DNA from: Candidatus Micrarchaeum sp.
GTDB taxonomy: Archaea; Micrarchaeota; Micrarchaeia; Micrarchaeales; Micrarchaeaceae
Direction: 5' to 3'
Assembly: GCF_016806735.1 (NCBI RefSeq)
Contig: NZ_CP060530.1
Coordinates: forward strand, 1 to 32,000
DNA: 32,000 bases
Shown: positions 8,078 to 17,282 of the stretch, in pieces
How the letters are laid out: the number at the start of each line of letters is the position of its first letter
How positions within the stretch are numbered: position 1 is the first letter of the stretch
Made by a program: the position numbers and the translations under genes
The notes under the pieces: generated by a model
Seen by the model: the letters and a program-made list of their open reading frames with translations, nothing else
The model's database searches: none
What the model was told of the DNA's origin: nothing

Positions 8078-8095
8078 GTTATAACTGAGTTATAA
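8078..8095. promoter_or_regulatory. Candidate operator: GTTATAAC-TGA-GTTATAA (two copies, 11-bp period; first copy is a perfect 8-bp palindrome)
   Basis: Read directly from the sequence at 8078-8095. It lies between the TATA-like box and the expected transcription start of sufB. Confidence 0.3.
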
Positions 8096-8134
8096 TCTAT
8101 TGATTTATGTTATGATGACTGCAGGTGTTGAAGC

Positions 8135-9550
8135 ATGGTTTATGATGAGACTCAGGATGTAATGCAAAAGAAGGACGAATACTTGGAAAAGTACGGATTT
8201 AAGACCAAGGACGATTATGAAACGATAGTGAAAGGGATATCTGAAGAAACCATAAGGCAGATATCAAAAAGCAAAAACGAGCCCGAATGGATGCTTGAAA
8301 AAAGGCTTTTAGGTTACAAGATATTTAAGGAAAAGCCGGTGCCGACATGGGGGCCGGACCTAAGCAAGATAGATTATGATGACATTTTCTATTACCTGAA
8401 GCCCAATGCAAAAAAGACCGATTCGTGGGAAAACGTTCCAAAGGACATTAAGGATACTTTCGACAAGCTCGGGATACCTGAAGCGGAAAGGAAGTTCTTT
8501 GCCGGGGCCGAGGCGCAATTCGATTCCGAAGTGGTATACCACCATATGAAGGAAGAGCTTGAAAATCTGGGAGTAATATTCACAGACATGGACAACGCAG
8601 TCAAGGAATATCCAGAGCTTGTAAAGAAATATTTTGGAAATATAATACCGCCGAGCGACAACAAGTACGCTGCACTGAATACGGCAGTCTGGTCCGGCGG
8701 ATCATTCATCTATGTCCCTAAGGGAGTAAAGCTTTCGATGCCGCTGCAGGCTTATTTTAGGATAAACGCAGAAAAGGCGGGGCAGTTTGAGAGAACGCTG
8801 ATAATTGCAGACGAAGGCGCAGAGGTAGTTTATATTGAGGGATGCACTGCACCCATATACATAAGCTCATCCCTGCACGCGGCAGTTGTGGAGCTCGTCG
8901 CCCACAAGAATGCGCACATAAGGTATGTAACAATACAGAATTGGTCTAAAAACGTCTACAATTTAGTGACACAGAGAGCTTTCGTATACGAAAACGGCAA
9001 CGTAGAATGGATCGATGCGAACATAGGAAGCAAGGTCAACATGAAATATCCGAGCGTGTATTTGAAGGAAGAGGGCGCAAGGGGCGAGATACTTTCAATA
9101 GCCGTAGCTGGCGAAGAGCAAACGCAGGATTCCGGAGGCAAAGCTTATCACTTGGCACCGAATACCACATCGCAGATAATATCGAAAAGCATATCCAAGG
9201 GAAGCGGAGTTACTTCGTACAGGGGGCTTGTTCACATAGACAAAAAGGCCTACAATTCCAAATCCAGCGTCAAATGCGATGCGCTTCTGCTTGACAGGGA
9301 GGCCAAAACCAACACATATCCTTATAACGAGATATATGCAGACGACGCGTTTGTGAGCCACGAAGCAACAGTAGGGAGGCTTAGTGAAGACGACCTGTTC
9401 TACATGATGTCCAGGGGCCTGAAGGAGGACGATGCAATTGCTACTGCAGTCCTTGGCTTCATAGAGCCGCTCGTAAAGGTGCTGCCGCTAGAATATTCGC
9501 TTGAGCTGAAGCGCCTGATAAAACTGGACACTTCGAATTCGATAGCGTGA
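8135..9550 (+). CDS. sufB: Fe-S cluster assembly protein SufB
   Basis: 471 aa with characteristic SufB blocks: VWSGGSFIYVPKGV, ERTLIIADEGAEVVYIEGCTAP, and HEATVGRLSEDDLFYMMSRGL. Confidence 0.95.
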   Translation: MVYDETQDVMQKKDEYLEKYGFKTKDDYETIVKGISEETIRQISKSKNEPEWMLEKRLLGYKIFKEKPVPTWGPDLSKIDYDDIFYYLKPNAKKTDSWENVPKDIKDTFDKLGIPEAERKFFAGAEAQFDSEVVYHHMKEELENLGVIFTDMDNAVKEYPELVKKYFGNIIPPSDNKYAALNTAVWSGGSFIYVPKGVKLSMPLQAYFRINAEKAGQFERTLIIADEGAEVVYIEGCTAPIYISSSLHAAVVELVAHKNAHIRYVTIQNWSKNVYNLVTQRAFVYENGNVEWIDANIGSKVNMKYPSVYLKEEGARGEILSIAVAGEEQTQDSGGKAYHLAPNTTSQIISKSISKGSGVTSYRGLVHIDKKAYNSKSSVKCDALLLDREAKTNTYPYNEIYADDAFVSHEATVGRLSEDDLFYMMSRGLKEDDAIATAVLGFIEPLVKVLPLEYSLELKRLIKLDTSNSIA

Positions 9551-9559
9551 GGTAATCAC

Positions 9560-10789
9560 ATGCAAACAGACGAAATGCAGGAGCAGAGAGGCAGGAACCC
9601 CAGCTATCGCGCTATACCGTTTGAGACCGATTCATTATACAAGAAGTACTTTGTCAATCTAGACCTGGCAAGATTTGAGGCAGGCAATACCAAAGAGGAG
9701 ATAATGAATGATTACGACGGATCATCGCTTGCCAAGTATGCCAAGATGGGAATTAGGTTCTCTGCAGTGGTATACGATGGAGTGCTTGCGAAGGGCAACG
9801 AATCAGTACGTACAGGAGGCATTGCAGACAAAGAGCACATCAGGGATGGATTGCCGTTGGACAAGTTTTCCGCTTTCGCATACGATTTTTCCTTGGAGCC
9901 CGTAATCGTTGAGCTCGGATTGGGGACAAAAGAGCTCAATATGCTTTTCTTGGACTCCGGGAAGCACAGCTCGCCTGCAAGCGTATTGTTCAAAATCCCT
10001 AAAGGCGTAAAAGCCATGGTAAATGAGTATTACTTCTCGCTTGGAGGAAGCAAGAACTCCCTGAACGGATCGGCACAGCTCTTCGAATTGGAAGAGGGTT
10101 CAGAGCTTGAAGTGAACGAAATACACTGCGAATCGGAAAACACCAATTCGCTTATTACAAGGTCATTTTCAACAAAAGACAATGCAAGACTGGAGTTCAA
10201 TGCATTCTACACAGGAGGCGCAACATCAAGGCAGAGAAGTGTTTTCAATAATTCCGGAAAAGGTTCCAAAATAAATGTCAATGAGGCAATAATAGGCTCC
10301 GGCTTCCAGAAATTTGACATAAACACGAATATGGCCAACTTGAAACCGGACAGCGGCTGCAATTATGAGGTGCGGGCCGTTCTGGCAGATGATTCTTCAG
10401 GGATAGTTAAAAGCTTCGCAAAGATGGCTAAAGGAACTGAAGGCTCCGAATCCCACATAAGGGAGAGAGGCCTTATATACGACAAAAACGCCAAGATAAC
10501 GATGATGCCGGACATGTCCATAGATGAAAGCTATGTAAAGGCTTCGCATTCGAGCTCCACATCCCCGATCCCAGAAGACGATATATTTTACATATCGAGC
10601 AGGGGGCTTGACAAGGAAAAGGCAAAGTTCCTTGTAGGCAGCGGGTTGATATATGAACTTTTGAAGAACATTAAGGACCATGATTCGATGGCATTCAGCA
10701 TGCTTCTCGCAAAGCACAGGCTTGAATCAAAAAAGATAGGCATTCCGGAAATGGAATTGAAAAGCTATGGTGTTTGGTATGATCAGTAA
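9560..10789 (+). CDS. sufD: Fe-S cluster assembly protein SufD
   Basis: 409-aa SufB/SufD-family beta-helix protein directly after sufB, preceded by a GAGGT SD. The C-terminal block is ASHSSSTSPIPEDDIFYISSRGL. Confidence 0.85.
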   Translation: MQTDEMQEQRGRNPSYRAIPFETDSLYKKYFVNLDLARFEAGNTKEEIMNDYDGSSLAKYAKMGIRFSAVVYDGVLAKGNESVRTGGIADKEHIRDGLPLDKFSAFAYDFSLEPVIVELGLGTKELNMLFLDSGKHSSPASVLFKIPKGVKAMVNEYYFSLGGSKNSLNGSAQLFELEEGSELEVNEIHCESENTNSLITRSFSTKDNARLEFNAFYTGGATSRQRSVFNNSGKGSKINVNEAIIGSGFQKFDINTNMANLKPDSGCNYEVRAVLADDSSGIVKSFAKMAKGTEGSESHIRERGLIYDKNAKITMMPDMSIDESYVKASHSSSTSPIPEDDIFYISSRGLDKEKAKFLVGSGLIYELLKNIKDHDSMAFSMLLAKHRLESKKIGIPEMELKSYGVWYDQ

Positions 10790-11099
10790 AAAGGAAAGCT
10801 ACGATTACGTTGCGGCAAAATTCATACCGATTGTCAGATCCAAGGCAGCCATGGTGCTTTTCAGCGAATACGGCCTGACACAGCAGAGCATATCCAAAAT
10901 GCTCGGAGTGAGCCAGGCAGAGGTAAGCAAGTACCTGAGCGGCAAGGGAACCAAGGATGAAGGCATAAAGATAAGCGACAGAGACATAGAAGCCTTTGCC
11001 CAGAGCATAGTTATAAAAGACGAATACAATGCCCAGAAGATAGTCTGTGGCATATGCCCAAAAGGGGCATCCAAATCGTGCCATATAATGATAAAATAG
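10779..11099 (+). CDS. Small HTH transcriptional regulator with a C-terminal Cys/His cluster (COG2522-like)
   Basis: The helix-turn-helix is LTQQSISKMLGVSQAEVSKYLSGKG. The C-terminus reads CGICPKGASKSCH. GGTG at 10769-10772 favours the ATG at 10779, although the ORF is open from 10767. The gene overlaps the sufD 3' end and stops 9 nt before the sufC ATG. Confidence 0.7.
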   Translation: MISKKESYDYVAAKFIPIVRSKAAMVLFSEYGLTQQSISKMLGVSQAEVSKYLSGKGTKDEGIKISDRDIEAFAQSIVIKDEYNAQKIVCGICPKGASKSCHIMIK

Positions 11100-11108
11100 G
11101 TGCATAAT

Positions 11109-11843
11109 ATGTTGCTTGAAATAAAGGATCTTAAGGCGGAAATAGGAGGAAAGAGCATTCTTAATGGAGTAAGCCTGAAATTGGATACTAATGAATTCCA
11201 TGTTTTGATGGGGCCAAACGGTTCTGGAAAGACGACACTGGCAAAAGCCATAATGGGCCATCCTGGAGTAAAAATAACAGGAGGGGATATACTTGTCGAC
11301 GGGAAATCCATAATAGGACTGACCCCAGATAAAAGAGCAAAGCTCGGATTGTTCATGCTTTTCCAAAACCCTTCGGAGATAGACGGAGTGGGTTTCGTGA
11401 ATTTCCTTAGGTCTTCTCTAGAATCCGTAAATGAGCAGACCATAAATATGAAGGAATTCATGGACAGCATAAAAAGCAACGTGGAACACCTTAATTTCGA
11501 CAAGAACGTAGTTGGAAGATCTTTGAACAAAGGGTTTTCCGGAGGAGAAAAGAAAAAAGCCGAAATCTTGCAGATGGCAATATTGAAGCCAAAGATAGCA
11601 ATTCTGGACGAGCCCGATTCGGGGCTGGATGTCGACGCAATAAAAATCGTCGCAGAGAACATAAACAGGATCAGGGAAGAAAACGGCCCTGGATTGCTGG
11701 TGATAACGCATTATAGCAGGATACTGAAATACATGAAGCCTGAATATGTGCACGTTATGCTGAATGGCAAAATAGTGAAGGATGGAGGAGTTTCCTTAAT
11801 AGAAGAAATCGAAAAGTCGGGATATGATAAAATAAGTGATTGA
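11109..11843 (+). CDS. sufC: Fe-S cluster assembly ATPase SufC
   Basis: Walker A GPNGSGKTT, ABC signature FSGGEKKK, Walker B ILDEPDSGLD, and the H-loop ITHY. The AGGTG SD at 11098-11102 supports the ATG at 11109 rather than the GTG at 11100. Confidence 0.95.
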   Translation: MLLEIKDLKAEIGGKSILNGVSLKLDTNEFHVLMGPNGSGKTTLAKAIMGHPGVKITGGDILVDGKSIIGLTPDKRAKLGLFMLFQNPSEIDGVGFVNFLRSSLESVNEQTINMKEFMDSIKSNVEHLNFDKNVVGRSLNKGFSGGEKKKAEILQMAILKPKIAILDEPDSGLDVDAIKIVAENINRIREENGPGLLVITHYSRILKYMKPEYVHVMLNGKIVKDGGVSLIEEIEKSGYDKISD

Positions 11844-13082
11844 TTGGTAAATATAGACTCAGAAGAGATAAAAAAGGATTTTCCAATATTCGAATCCAGA
11901 AAAGATGGCCAAAGGCTTGTTTACCTTGACAGCGCGGCAACATCCCAGAAGCCAAGAGCGGTGATAAACGCAATAAGCGACTATTACAGCAATTACAACG
12001 CCAACATACACAGAGGCGTATATCAAATAGCTGAAAGAGCCACAGAAGCTTACGAAAATTCTAAGAAAGAGATGGCGAAGTTTTTGGGGGCAGAATCTTA
12101 TGAAGAGCTTGTTTATGTCAGAAATACTACAGAAGCGATAAACCTAGTTGCCTTGTCGTGGGGAGAGAAGAACATATCCGAGGGTGACCACATATTGATA
12201 TCGGAGATGGAGCACCACAGCAATCTTGTGCCTTGGATACTGCTCGCCAAAAGAAAGAAGGCAGTTTTGGATTATATAAAGGTAGGAGAAGATTACAGGC
12301 TTGACCAAGAAAGCTTGGAAAATGGGCTTGAAAAGAACCCCAAACTGGTTGCAATAACCCATGCATCGAACGTGCTAGGCACAATAAACGATGTTAAAAG
12401 CATAACAAAAAAAGCGCACGATAAGGGCGCGGTTGTTTTGGTTGACGGAGCCCAGTCGGCGCCGCACATGCCAGTAAATTTATCAGACATAGGATGTGAT
12501 TTCTACGCTTTGTCAGGACACAAGATGCTAGGGCCGACCGGAATAGGCGCATTATATGGAAAGCGCGAGATCCTCGAGGCAATGCCGCCAGTTATAGGAG
12601 GAGGGGATATGATAGAAACGGTTGAATTTTATTCCTGTACATGGAACAGGATACCATGGAAATTCGAAGCCGGAACCTCCAACATAGAAGGAGGCATAGG
12701 CATGACTCCGGCAATACAGTATTTGCAAAAGCTAGGAATGGAGAACATTTTCAAACACGAAGTCGAACTGACAAAATATGCGCTTGACGCTTTGGCAGAG
12801 ATAAAAAACGTGGAGACTTACGGACCGGACATGAAAAAGAACGATCATGGCGGCGTAATATCTTTCTCGGTAAACGGGGTGCACCCTCACGATATAGCAA
12901 GCATATTTGACAATTATAACGTGGCAATTCGCGCAGGGCATCATTGCGCCATGCCGCTGGTGACACAGATACTAAGACAAAGCGCGGTAGCAAGGATGAG
13001 TTTTTACATTTATAACAATAAAGATGACATAGACAAAGCAGTCGAAGCAATTAATGAGGTTAAAAGAATATTCAAGAAATAA
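11844..13082 (+). CDS. sufS: Cysteine desulfurase SufS (class II aminotransferase V)
   Basis: The N-terminus IKKDFPIF...VYLDSAATSQKP is typical. The PLP-Lys motif is SGHKMLGPTGIG and the catalytic-Cys loop is RAGHHCAMP. A TTG start directly follows the sufC stop. Confidence 0.9.
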   Translation: MVNIDSEEIKKDFPIFESRKDGQRLVYLDSAATSQKPRAVINAISDYYSNYNANIHRGVYQIAERATEAYENSKKEMAKFLGAESYEELVYVRNTTEAINLVALSWGEKNISEGDHILISEMEHHSNLVPWILLAKRKKAVLDYIKVGEDYRLDQESLENGLEKNPKLVAITHASNVLGTINDVKSITKKAHDKGAVVLVDGAQSAPHMPVNLSDIGCDFYALSGHKMLGPTGIGALYGKREILEAMPPVIGGGDMIETVEFYSCTWNRIPWKFEAGTSNIEGGIGMTPAIQYLQKLGMENIFKHEVELTKYALDALAEIKNVETYGPDMKKNDHGGVISFSVNGVHPHDIASIFDNYNVAIRAGHHCAMPLVTQILRQSAVARMSFYIYNNKDDIDKAVEAINEVKRIFKK

Positions 13083-13093
13083 TAGGTAATTGG

Positions 13094-13498
13094 ATGAGCC
13101 TTGATTTGTACGCAGAGGATTTGGTAGCAAATTACGAGCACCCGCACAACAGGAAAAATATGTCCGACTGCGACTCCAGCAGCCATGAATACAATACCAC
13201 GTGCGGAGATGACATAACAGTCTACATAAAAGTGAAAGACGGCAAGATATCCGATATAAGCTTCGACGGAAGCGGATGTGCGATAAGCGTAGGGACGGCA
13301 AGCAAGCTAACCGACGCAATAAAAGGCAAGAGCGTAAGCGAAATTGAAAGTCTTGGATTTGATTTTATAGTTGACCTTATAGGCATAGATCCTGGTCCTG
13401 CAAGAGCAAAATGTGCAACCATATCGCTTAAGGCACTCAAGCATGCAGTATTTATTTACGAACACAAAAAGCCAGATAGTGAAACCGAAAGGCTATGA
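13094..13498 (+). CDS. sufU: SUF-system NifU-family scaffold/sulfurtransferase (SufU/IscU-like)
   Basis: The N-terminal block is LYAEDLVANYEHPHN. Three conserved Cys are present (TCGDD, GSGCAIS, ARAKCATISL), with Lys rather than His before the third Cys, as in SufU-type proteins. Confidence 0.8.
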   Translation: MSLDLYAEDLVANYEHPHNRKNMSDCDSSSHEYNTTCGDDITVYIKVKDGKISDISFDGSGCAISVGTASKLTDAIKGKSVSEIESLGFDFIVDLIGIDPGPARAKCATISLKALKHAVFIYEHKKPDSETERL

Positions 13499-14221
13499 AA
13501 GGCCGAATTCGACCCTTTTATTGTGGGAACCTTTGTTTTCGAACTTTACCAATGATATATTGCCAAGCTCATTTGTGTTTGCAACGTGAGTGCCGCCATC
13601 GAGCTGAAAGTCAAAGCCTTCTATGTCTATGATCCTGACGATGTCAAGTTTTTCGAGAAGCTCGGCCCCAGGAGCAGTACGGGCTATTCCGTCAATTTTC
13701 TTGGCTTCTTCTCTTGTCATTTCTTTCGGGACGACCCTGTGGCCCTCATCTATGATTATCTGCGCATCCGAGATTATCGAGCTTAGCATCTCCTTCGTAA
13801 ACCCAGGTATGTCAAAATCCATGCGAGCAGAATTATCAAATATCTGGCCGCCAGTTATCTCTCCTTTGTATTTCTTGTATACTACGCCGTCTATTATGTG
13901 AAGCATAGTATGCAGCTTCATGTGCATGTACCTTTTTTCCCAGTCTATTTTGCATACGACTTTTTCTCCATCATTTAAGTTTGCAGGCTCCTGGCTCATG
14001 TGGACCACTTCGTCCCCCTGCTTTTTTGTCTCTATTATTTTGTACTCTTTTCCATCAAGAGCAGATATTATTACTCCAGTATCGCAGGGCTGGCCTCCTC
14101 CAGTAGGATAAAATATCGTCTTATCCAGTATTATTTTGTTATTTTCAGAACTGACAACCTGAGATTCCAGTTCCCTAATATACGAATCCCTAAGATATAT
14201 TTTTTCCGTCATATTATGCAC
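13493..14221 (-). CDS. alaX: Alanyl-tRNA editing protein AlaX (AlaRS second additional domain family)
   Basis: It has the N-terminal beta-barrel block PTGGGQPCDTG, the HxxxH Zn motif (HMKLHTMLHII), and a second motif that reads DGGTH where CGGTH is expected. The start is either GTG at 14221 or ATG at 14212. Confidence 0.8.
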   Translation of the reverse strand: MHNMTEKIYLRDSYIRELESQVVSSENNKIILDKTIFYPTGGGQPCDTGVIISALDGKEYKIIETKKQGDEVVHMSQEPANLNDGEKVVCKIDWEKRYMHMKLHTMLHIIDGVVYKKYKGEITGGQIFDNSARMDFDIPGFTKEMLSSIISDAQIIIDEGHRVVPKEMTREEAKKIDGIARTAPGAELLEKLDIVRIIDIEGFDFQLDGGTHVANTNELGNISLVKFENKGSHNKRVEFGLS

Positions 14222-14228
14222 CTATTTT

Positions 14229-15095
14229 TTATGTTATTATAAAATATACCATTAACAGCATTATTGCGGTTATTGCAAGCTTGCGCTTCAGGTTGCGCTC
14301 TTGAAACACTATGCCGCCTATAACTACCGTTATTATGACAGATATGCTGTTTCTCAGCGGAGAAGCTAGGCTTACGTATGCCAATTGCAGCGACGCATAA
14401 TAGAATATCCTGTAAAGAAGGCTGAGGATAGCTATAGAGAATATGATTTTCCGGTTTTTTACCAAATTTGAGAATTCTTCTCTTACCCCGTCGTACCTTA
14501 TCGATATCATCACAGCCATATTTATTGCTATGAATACCTCCAAAAGTATGAACATCGCGTACAGGTTCACCCCTAAGTCCAGTACGTATTTCATAAGGAT
14601 TGCTCCGACTGCCATTATCAAGGTATTGAGGATAAGAAGATAAACGTACTTTTTTGAATCGAATTGCTTGTATTTCTTAACGCTTTTTGGCGCGATCAAG
14701 AAATACGTAGCTATGAGAAGAACGGCTATTGCCAAATATTGCAATATAGTAAGTTTCTCACCTAGGAGTATGAATGCAAGCAGAACTACGAAGAGCTGCG
14801 GAAGCGAGCTCAGAACAGGGGTTGAGACGGATATGTTGCCGTGCTTGTATATTCTTGCATTGAACAGGTAGGAAAGAGCGGACAGTACGCTCATGGCGTA
14901 TATTATCAGTAGCTCATAAATGTTGATATTGAATTTTGCAAAAGGGAGAAATACTAGCGAGAAGACGGCGATGACTATGGAGAAGCTAGCGCTAAAGGAC
15001 GTTGCATGCTCGTTTTTGAGGGCGTATTTTTCCACTATTGTAGAAACCCCCATTATTATTGAGGATATTATTACGAGATAGTACCACGATATCAT
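14229..15095 (-). CDS. EamA/DMT-superfamily transporter
   Basis: 288 aa with about 10 hydrophobic spans arranged as two similar halves, which is typical of EamA. No specific substrate can be inferred. Confidence 0.7.
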   Translation of the reverse strand: MISWYYLVIISSIIMGVSTIVEKYALKNEHATSFSASFSIVIAVFSLVFLPFAKFNINIYELLIIYAMSVLSALSYLFNARIYKHGNISVSTPVLSSLPQLFVVLLAFILLGEKLTILQYLAIAVLLIATYFLIAPKSVKKYKQFDSKKYVYLLILNTLIMAVGAILMKYVLDLGVNLYAMFILLEVFIAINMAVMISIRYDGVREEFSNLVKNRKIIFSIAILSLLYRIFYYASLQLAYVSLASPLRNSISVIITVVIGGIVFQERNLKRKLAITAIMLLMVYFIIT

Positions 15096-15099
15096 CTAA

Positions 15100-15699
15100 T
15101 CATTTGACGCTGCTTATTCCAAGTTCCGATAGTTTCTTTAAAAGCGATCCGTTGTCCTTGAATTGTATAGATTTTATGCCGACGCTTTCTGCACCTTCTA
15201 CGTTTTCTTTGCGGTCGTCTATAAAGATTGCTTCGTCTGGCTTTGCCCTGCATTTTTTAAGTACGTACATATATATGTTTTTGTTCGGTTTCCTCATTTT
15301 GATAAAGCATGATGCAAATACCCTATCGAATTGAGACTTATCGAATACCCTTGGCGTTGAACTGTACCTCTTGACGTATACGTTCGTCAGTATTACTACT
15401 TTGTATTTTCGTTTAAGGCTCAATGCAAAGTTTAGCAATTTTCTGTTTATCCTTGCCTTCCTTATAAAATATTCGTCAAATTCAAGCTTATCGGCCGGAA
15501 TATTCAGCGATTTTGATACGGAGCGTAAAAACTCAGAATTTTTCATCTTGCCCGTGTACATTTTTGTATTGTATCTTTCTATTATAGAAGCAACTTTCTC
15601 GTATGGAATTCCATACTTTTTTGATAGGTATTCGTAATACTCGCTGTCGTCGTATTTGAGCAGCACGTTTCCAAGGTCGAATATTACAAGTTTAATCAT
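15100..15699 (-). CDS. HAD-superfamily hydrolase, subfamily IA
   Basis: Motif I is VIFDLGNVL, motif II is VVILTN, and motifs III/IV are K...IFIDDRKENV. The ORF is open to 15717, but that ATG would overlap the 3' end of tRNA-Gln, so the ATG at 15699 (MIKLVIFD) is preferred. Confidence 0.7.
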   Translation of the reverse strand: MIKLVIFDLGNVLLKYDDSEYYEYLSKKYGIPYEKVASIIERYNTKMYTGKMKNSEFLRSVSKSLNIPADKLEFDEYFIRKARINRKLLNFALSLKRKYKVVILTNVYVKRYSSTPRVFDKSQFDRVFASCFIKMRKPNKNIYMYVLKKCRAKPDEAIFIDDRKENVEGAESVGIKSIQFKDNGSLLKKLSELGISSVK

Positions 15700-15716
15700 C
15701 CAAAACGCCCAAATCA

Positions 15717-15789
15717 TAGTCCCGGCCGGATTCGAACCGACGTAGCAGGGTCCAAAGCCCTGCGTCCTTGGCCACTAGACGACGGGACT
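15717..15789 (-). tRNA. tRNA-Gln(UUG)
   Basis: The reverse complement is AGTCCCGTCGTCTAGTGGCCAAGGACGCAGGGCTTTGGACCCTGCTACGTCGGTTCGAATCCGGCCGGGACT-A. The acceptor stem is AGTCCCG/CGGGACT, the anticodon loop is CTTTGGA, and the T loop is TTCGAAT. There is no intron. Confidence 0.9.
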
Positions 15790-15827
15790 GCCAAGGTTCT
15801 TGTGATTCAATAATGAAAGTTCAGATA

Positions 15828-17282
15828 TTAATACGATTTGGCAAAGTTTACAACGTGCTTTGAAGGCTTGCCGCAGTAGATGCAATTTCCAGCAACGTTT
15901 TGCTGGGCATCGAAAGGCATGTTTGTGGACTTTGCTCCTGTTTCCTCTTTTATCTTGAGTTCGCATTCCGTTTGGCCGCACCACTGCGCCTGGGCCATAT
16001 TTCCTTCCAGGATTGCTTTCTTTAGCTCTTCGTAGGAATTGACTTTCTTTATTTTTTCCTTTATAAATAGGAGGGCGCGGTCATAAAGCTCCCTCTGGAC
16101 GCGGGAAAGCTCTTTTTCTACCGTTTCCCCTATGCTGTATGAGCTGCATTGCGCCTTTTTCATGTCGTGCCTCGTTACCAGCACCAAGCCATTTGACTCG
16201 AGCTCCTTTGAGCCTATTTCTATCCTTATTGGAACTCCTTTAAGCTCCCATTCGTTGAACTTCCAGCCTACTGAATAATCATCCCTGTCGTCTAGGTATA
16301 CCCTGGCATATTTTTCCAGTTCGTGGCTTATCCTTTTTGCATACGCAAGTATGGCCTCCCTGTTTGCATCCTTGTATATCGGAATGACGACGACCTGTAT
16401 CATTGATATTTTTGGAGGTATCACCAGACCGCGGTCGTCTCCATGCATCATCACCATAGCACCCAGCTCTCTCGTAGATATTGCGAATGTGTTCTGGTAT
16501 GCGTATTGTGTCTCGTTGTTCTTGTCTATGAACTTTATATCGAAGGCCTTTGCGAAATTTTGGCCATCGTTGTGGAAATCAGGGCCCTGTATTGAATAGC
16601 CGTTTGGAAGAAGGTGCTCTATGCTGTAGCTGGCCTGCCCTCCTGCAAATTTTTCATAATCAGTCTTTTGCCCGATTATTCCGGGCAAAGCCAGGTATTC
16701 TTTCGTTACTTCGGCGTATATTCCCAATATCTGGTCCCTCTCGGCATTTGCCTCTCCTTCCGTTGCAAATACAGTATGGCCTTCGTTCCATAGGAATTCC
16801 CTGCTCCTAAGCAAAGGAGTTGGGTGCTTGAATTCCCAGCGTACCACGCTGTTCCACTGGTTGAGCCTGAGCGGGAGGTCCCTCCATGACCTTATCCATT
16901 TTGAAAAGCTGTCGTACATTATAGTCTCGGAAGTGGGCCTTATCGCCAGCCTTTCGCTCAACTTTGAATTTCCGGTTTCGGTCACCCAAGCCACTTCTGG
17001 AGAGAATCCTTCTATATGCTCCTTTTCTTTTTCCAGGAACCTTTCAGGTATCAGCAGAGGGAAGTATGCGTTTTTTATCCCTGCTTTCATGAACATTGAG
17101 TCAGTAGCCTCCTTGACCGCATTCCAGCAGAAATATGCAGAAGGCCTGAATACTATGCAGCCCGACACTGCGCTGTAATCTACGAAATCAGAATTTATTA
17201 TCACCTGCGTGTACCACTCCGATATGTCGTCCGATTTTTTTATTGTTATGGCGCGTTTTTCCTGATCTGCCAATTCAAACAC
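15828..17282 (-). CDS. proS: Prolyl-tRNA synthetase, archaeal/eukaryotic type
   Basis: 484 aa with class II motifs, the SEWYTQV N-terminal block, a C-terminal Zn-binding domain (CGQTECE...CIYCGKP) and the terminal Tyr typical of archaeal-type ProRS. The GTG start overlaps the stop of the upstream gene by 8 nt. Confidence 0.93.
   Translation of the reverse strand: MFELADQEKRAITIKKSDDISEWYTQVIINSDFVDYSAVSGCIVFRPSAYFCWNAVKEATDSMFMKAGIKNAYFPLLIPERFLEKEKEHIEGFSPEVAWVTETGNSKLSERLAIRPTSETIMYDSFSKWIRSWRDLPLRLNQWNSVVRWEFKHPTPLLRSREFLWNEGHTVFATEGEANAERDQILGIYAEVTKEYLALPGIIGQKTDYEKFAGGQASYSIEHLLPNGYSIQGPDFHNDGQNFAKAFDIKFIDKNNETQYAYQNTFAISTRELGAMVMMHGDDRGLVIPPKISMIQVVVIPIYKDANREAILAYAKRISHELEKYARVYLDDRDDYSVGWKFNEWELKGVPIRIEIGSKELESNGLVLVTRHDMKKAQCSSYSIGETVEKELSRVQRELYDRALLFIKEKIKKVNSYEELKKAILEGNMAQAQWCGQTECELKIKEETGAKSTNMPFDAQQNVAGNCIYCGKPSKHVVNFAKSY

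Noticed and set aside
8109-8150. Two ATGATGA strings (C-box-like) flanking the sufB start codon
   Set aside because: There is no CTGA D or D' box at the required spacing. The second copy lies inside the sufB coding frame (V-Y-D-E-T). This is not a box C/D sRNA.
10695-11662. 223-aa and 285-aa minus-strand ORFs covering the HTH gene and sufC
   Set aside because: The plus-strand SufC frame carries Walker A, signature, Walker B and H-loop motifs. The antisense products are low-complexity with no motifs. They are classic shadow ORFs.
15700-15717. Upstream ATG (15717) giving the HAD protein an MIWAFW extension
   Set aside because: That codon abuts or overlaps the discriminator base of tRNA-Gln. 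The second ATG yields the canonical start just before HAD motif I (MIKLVIFDLG).
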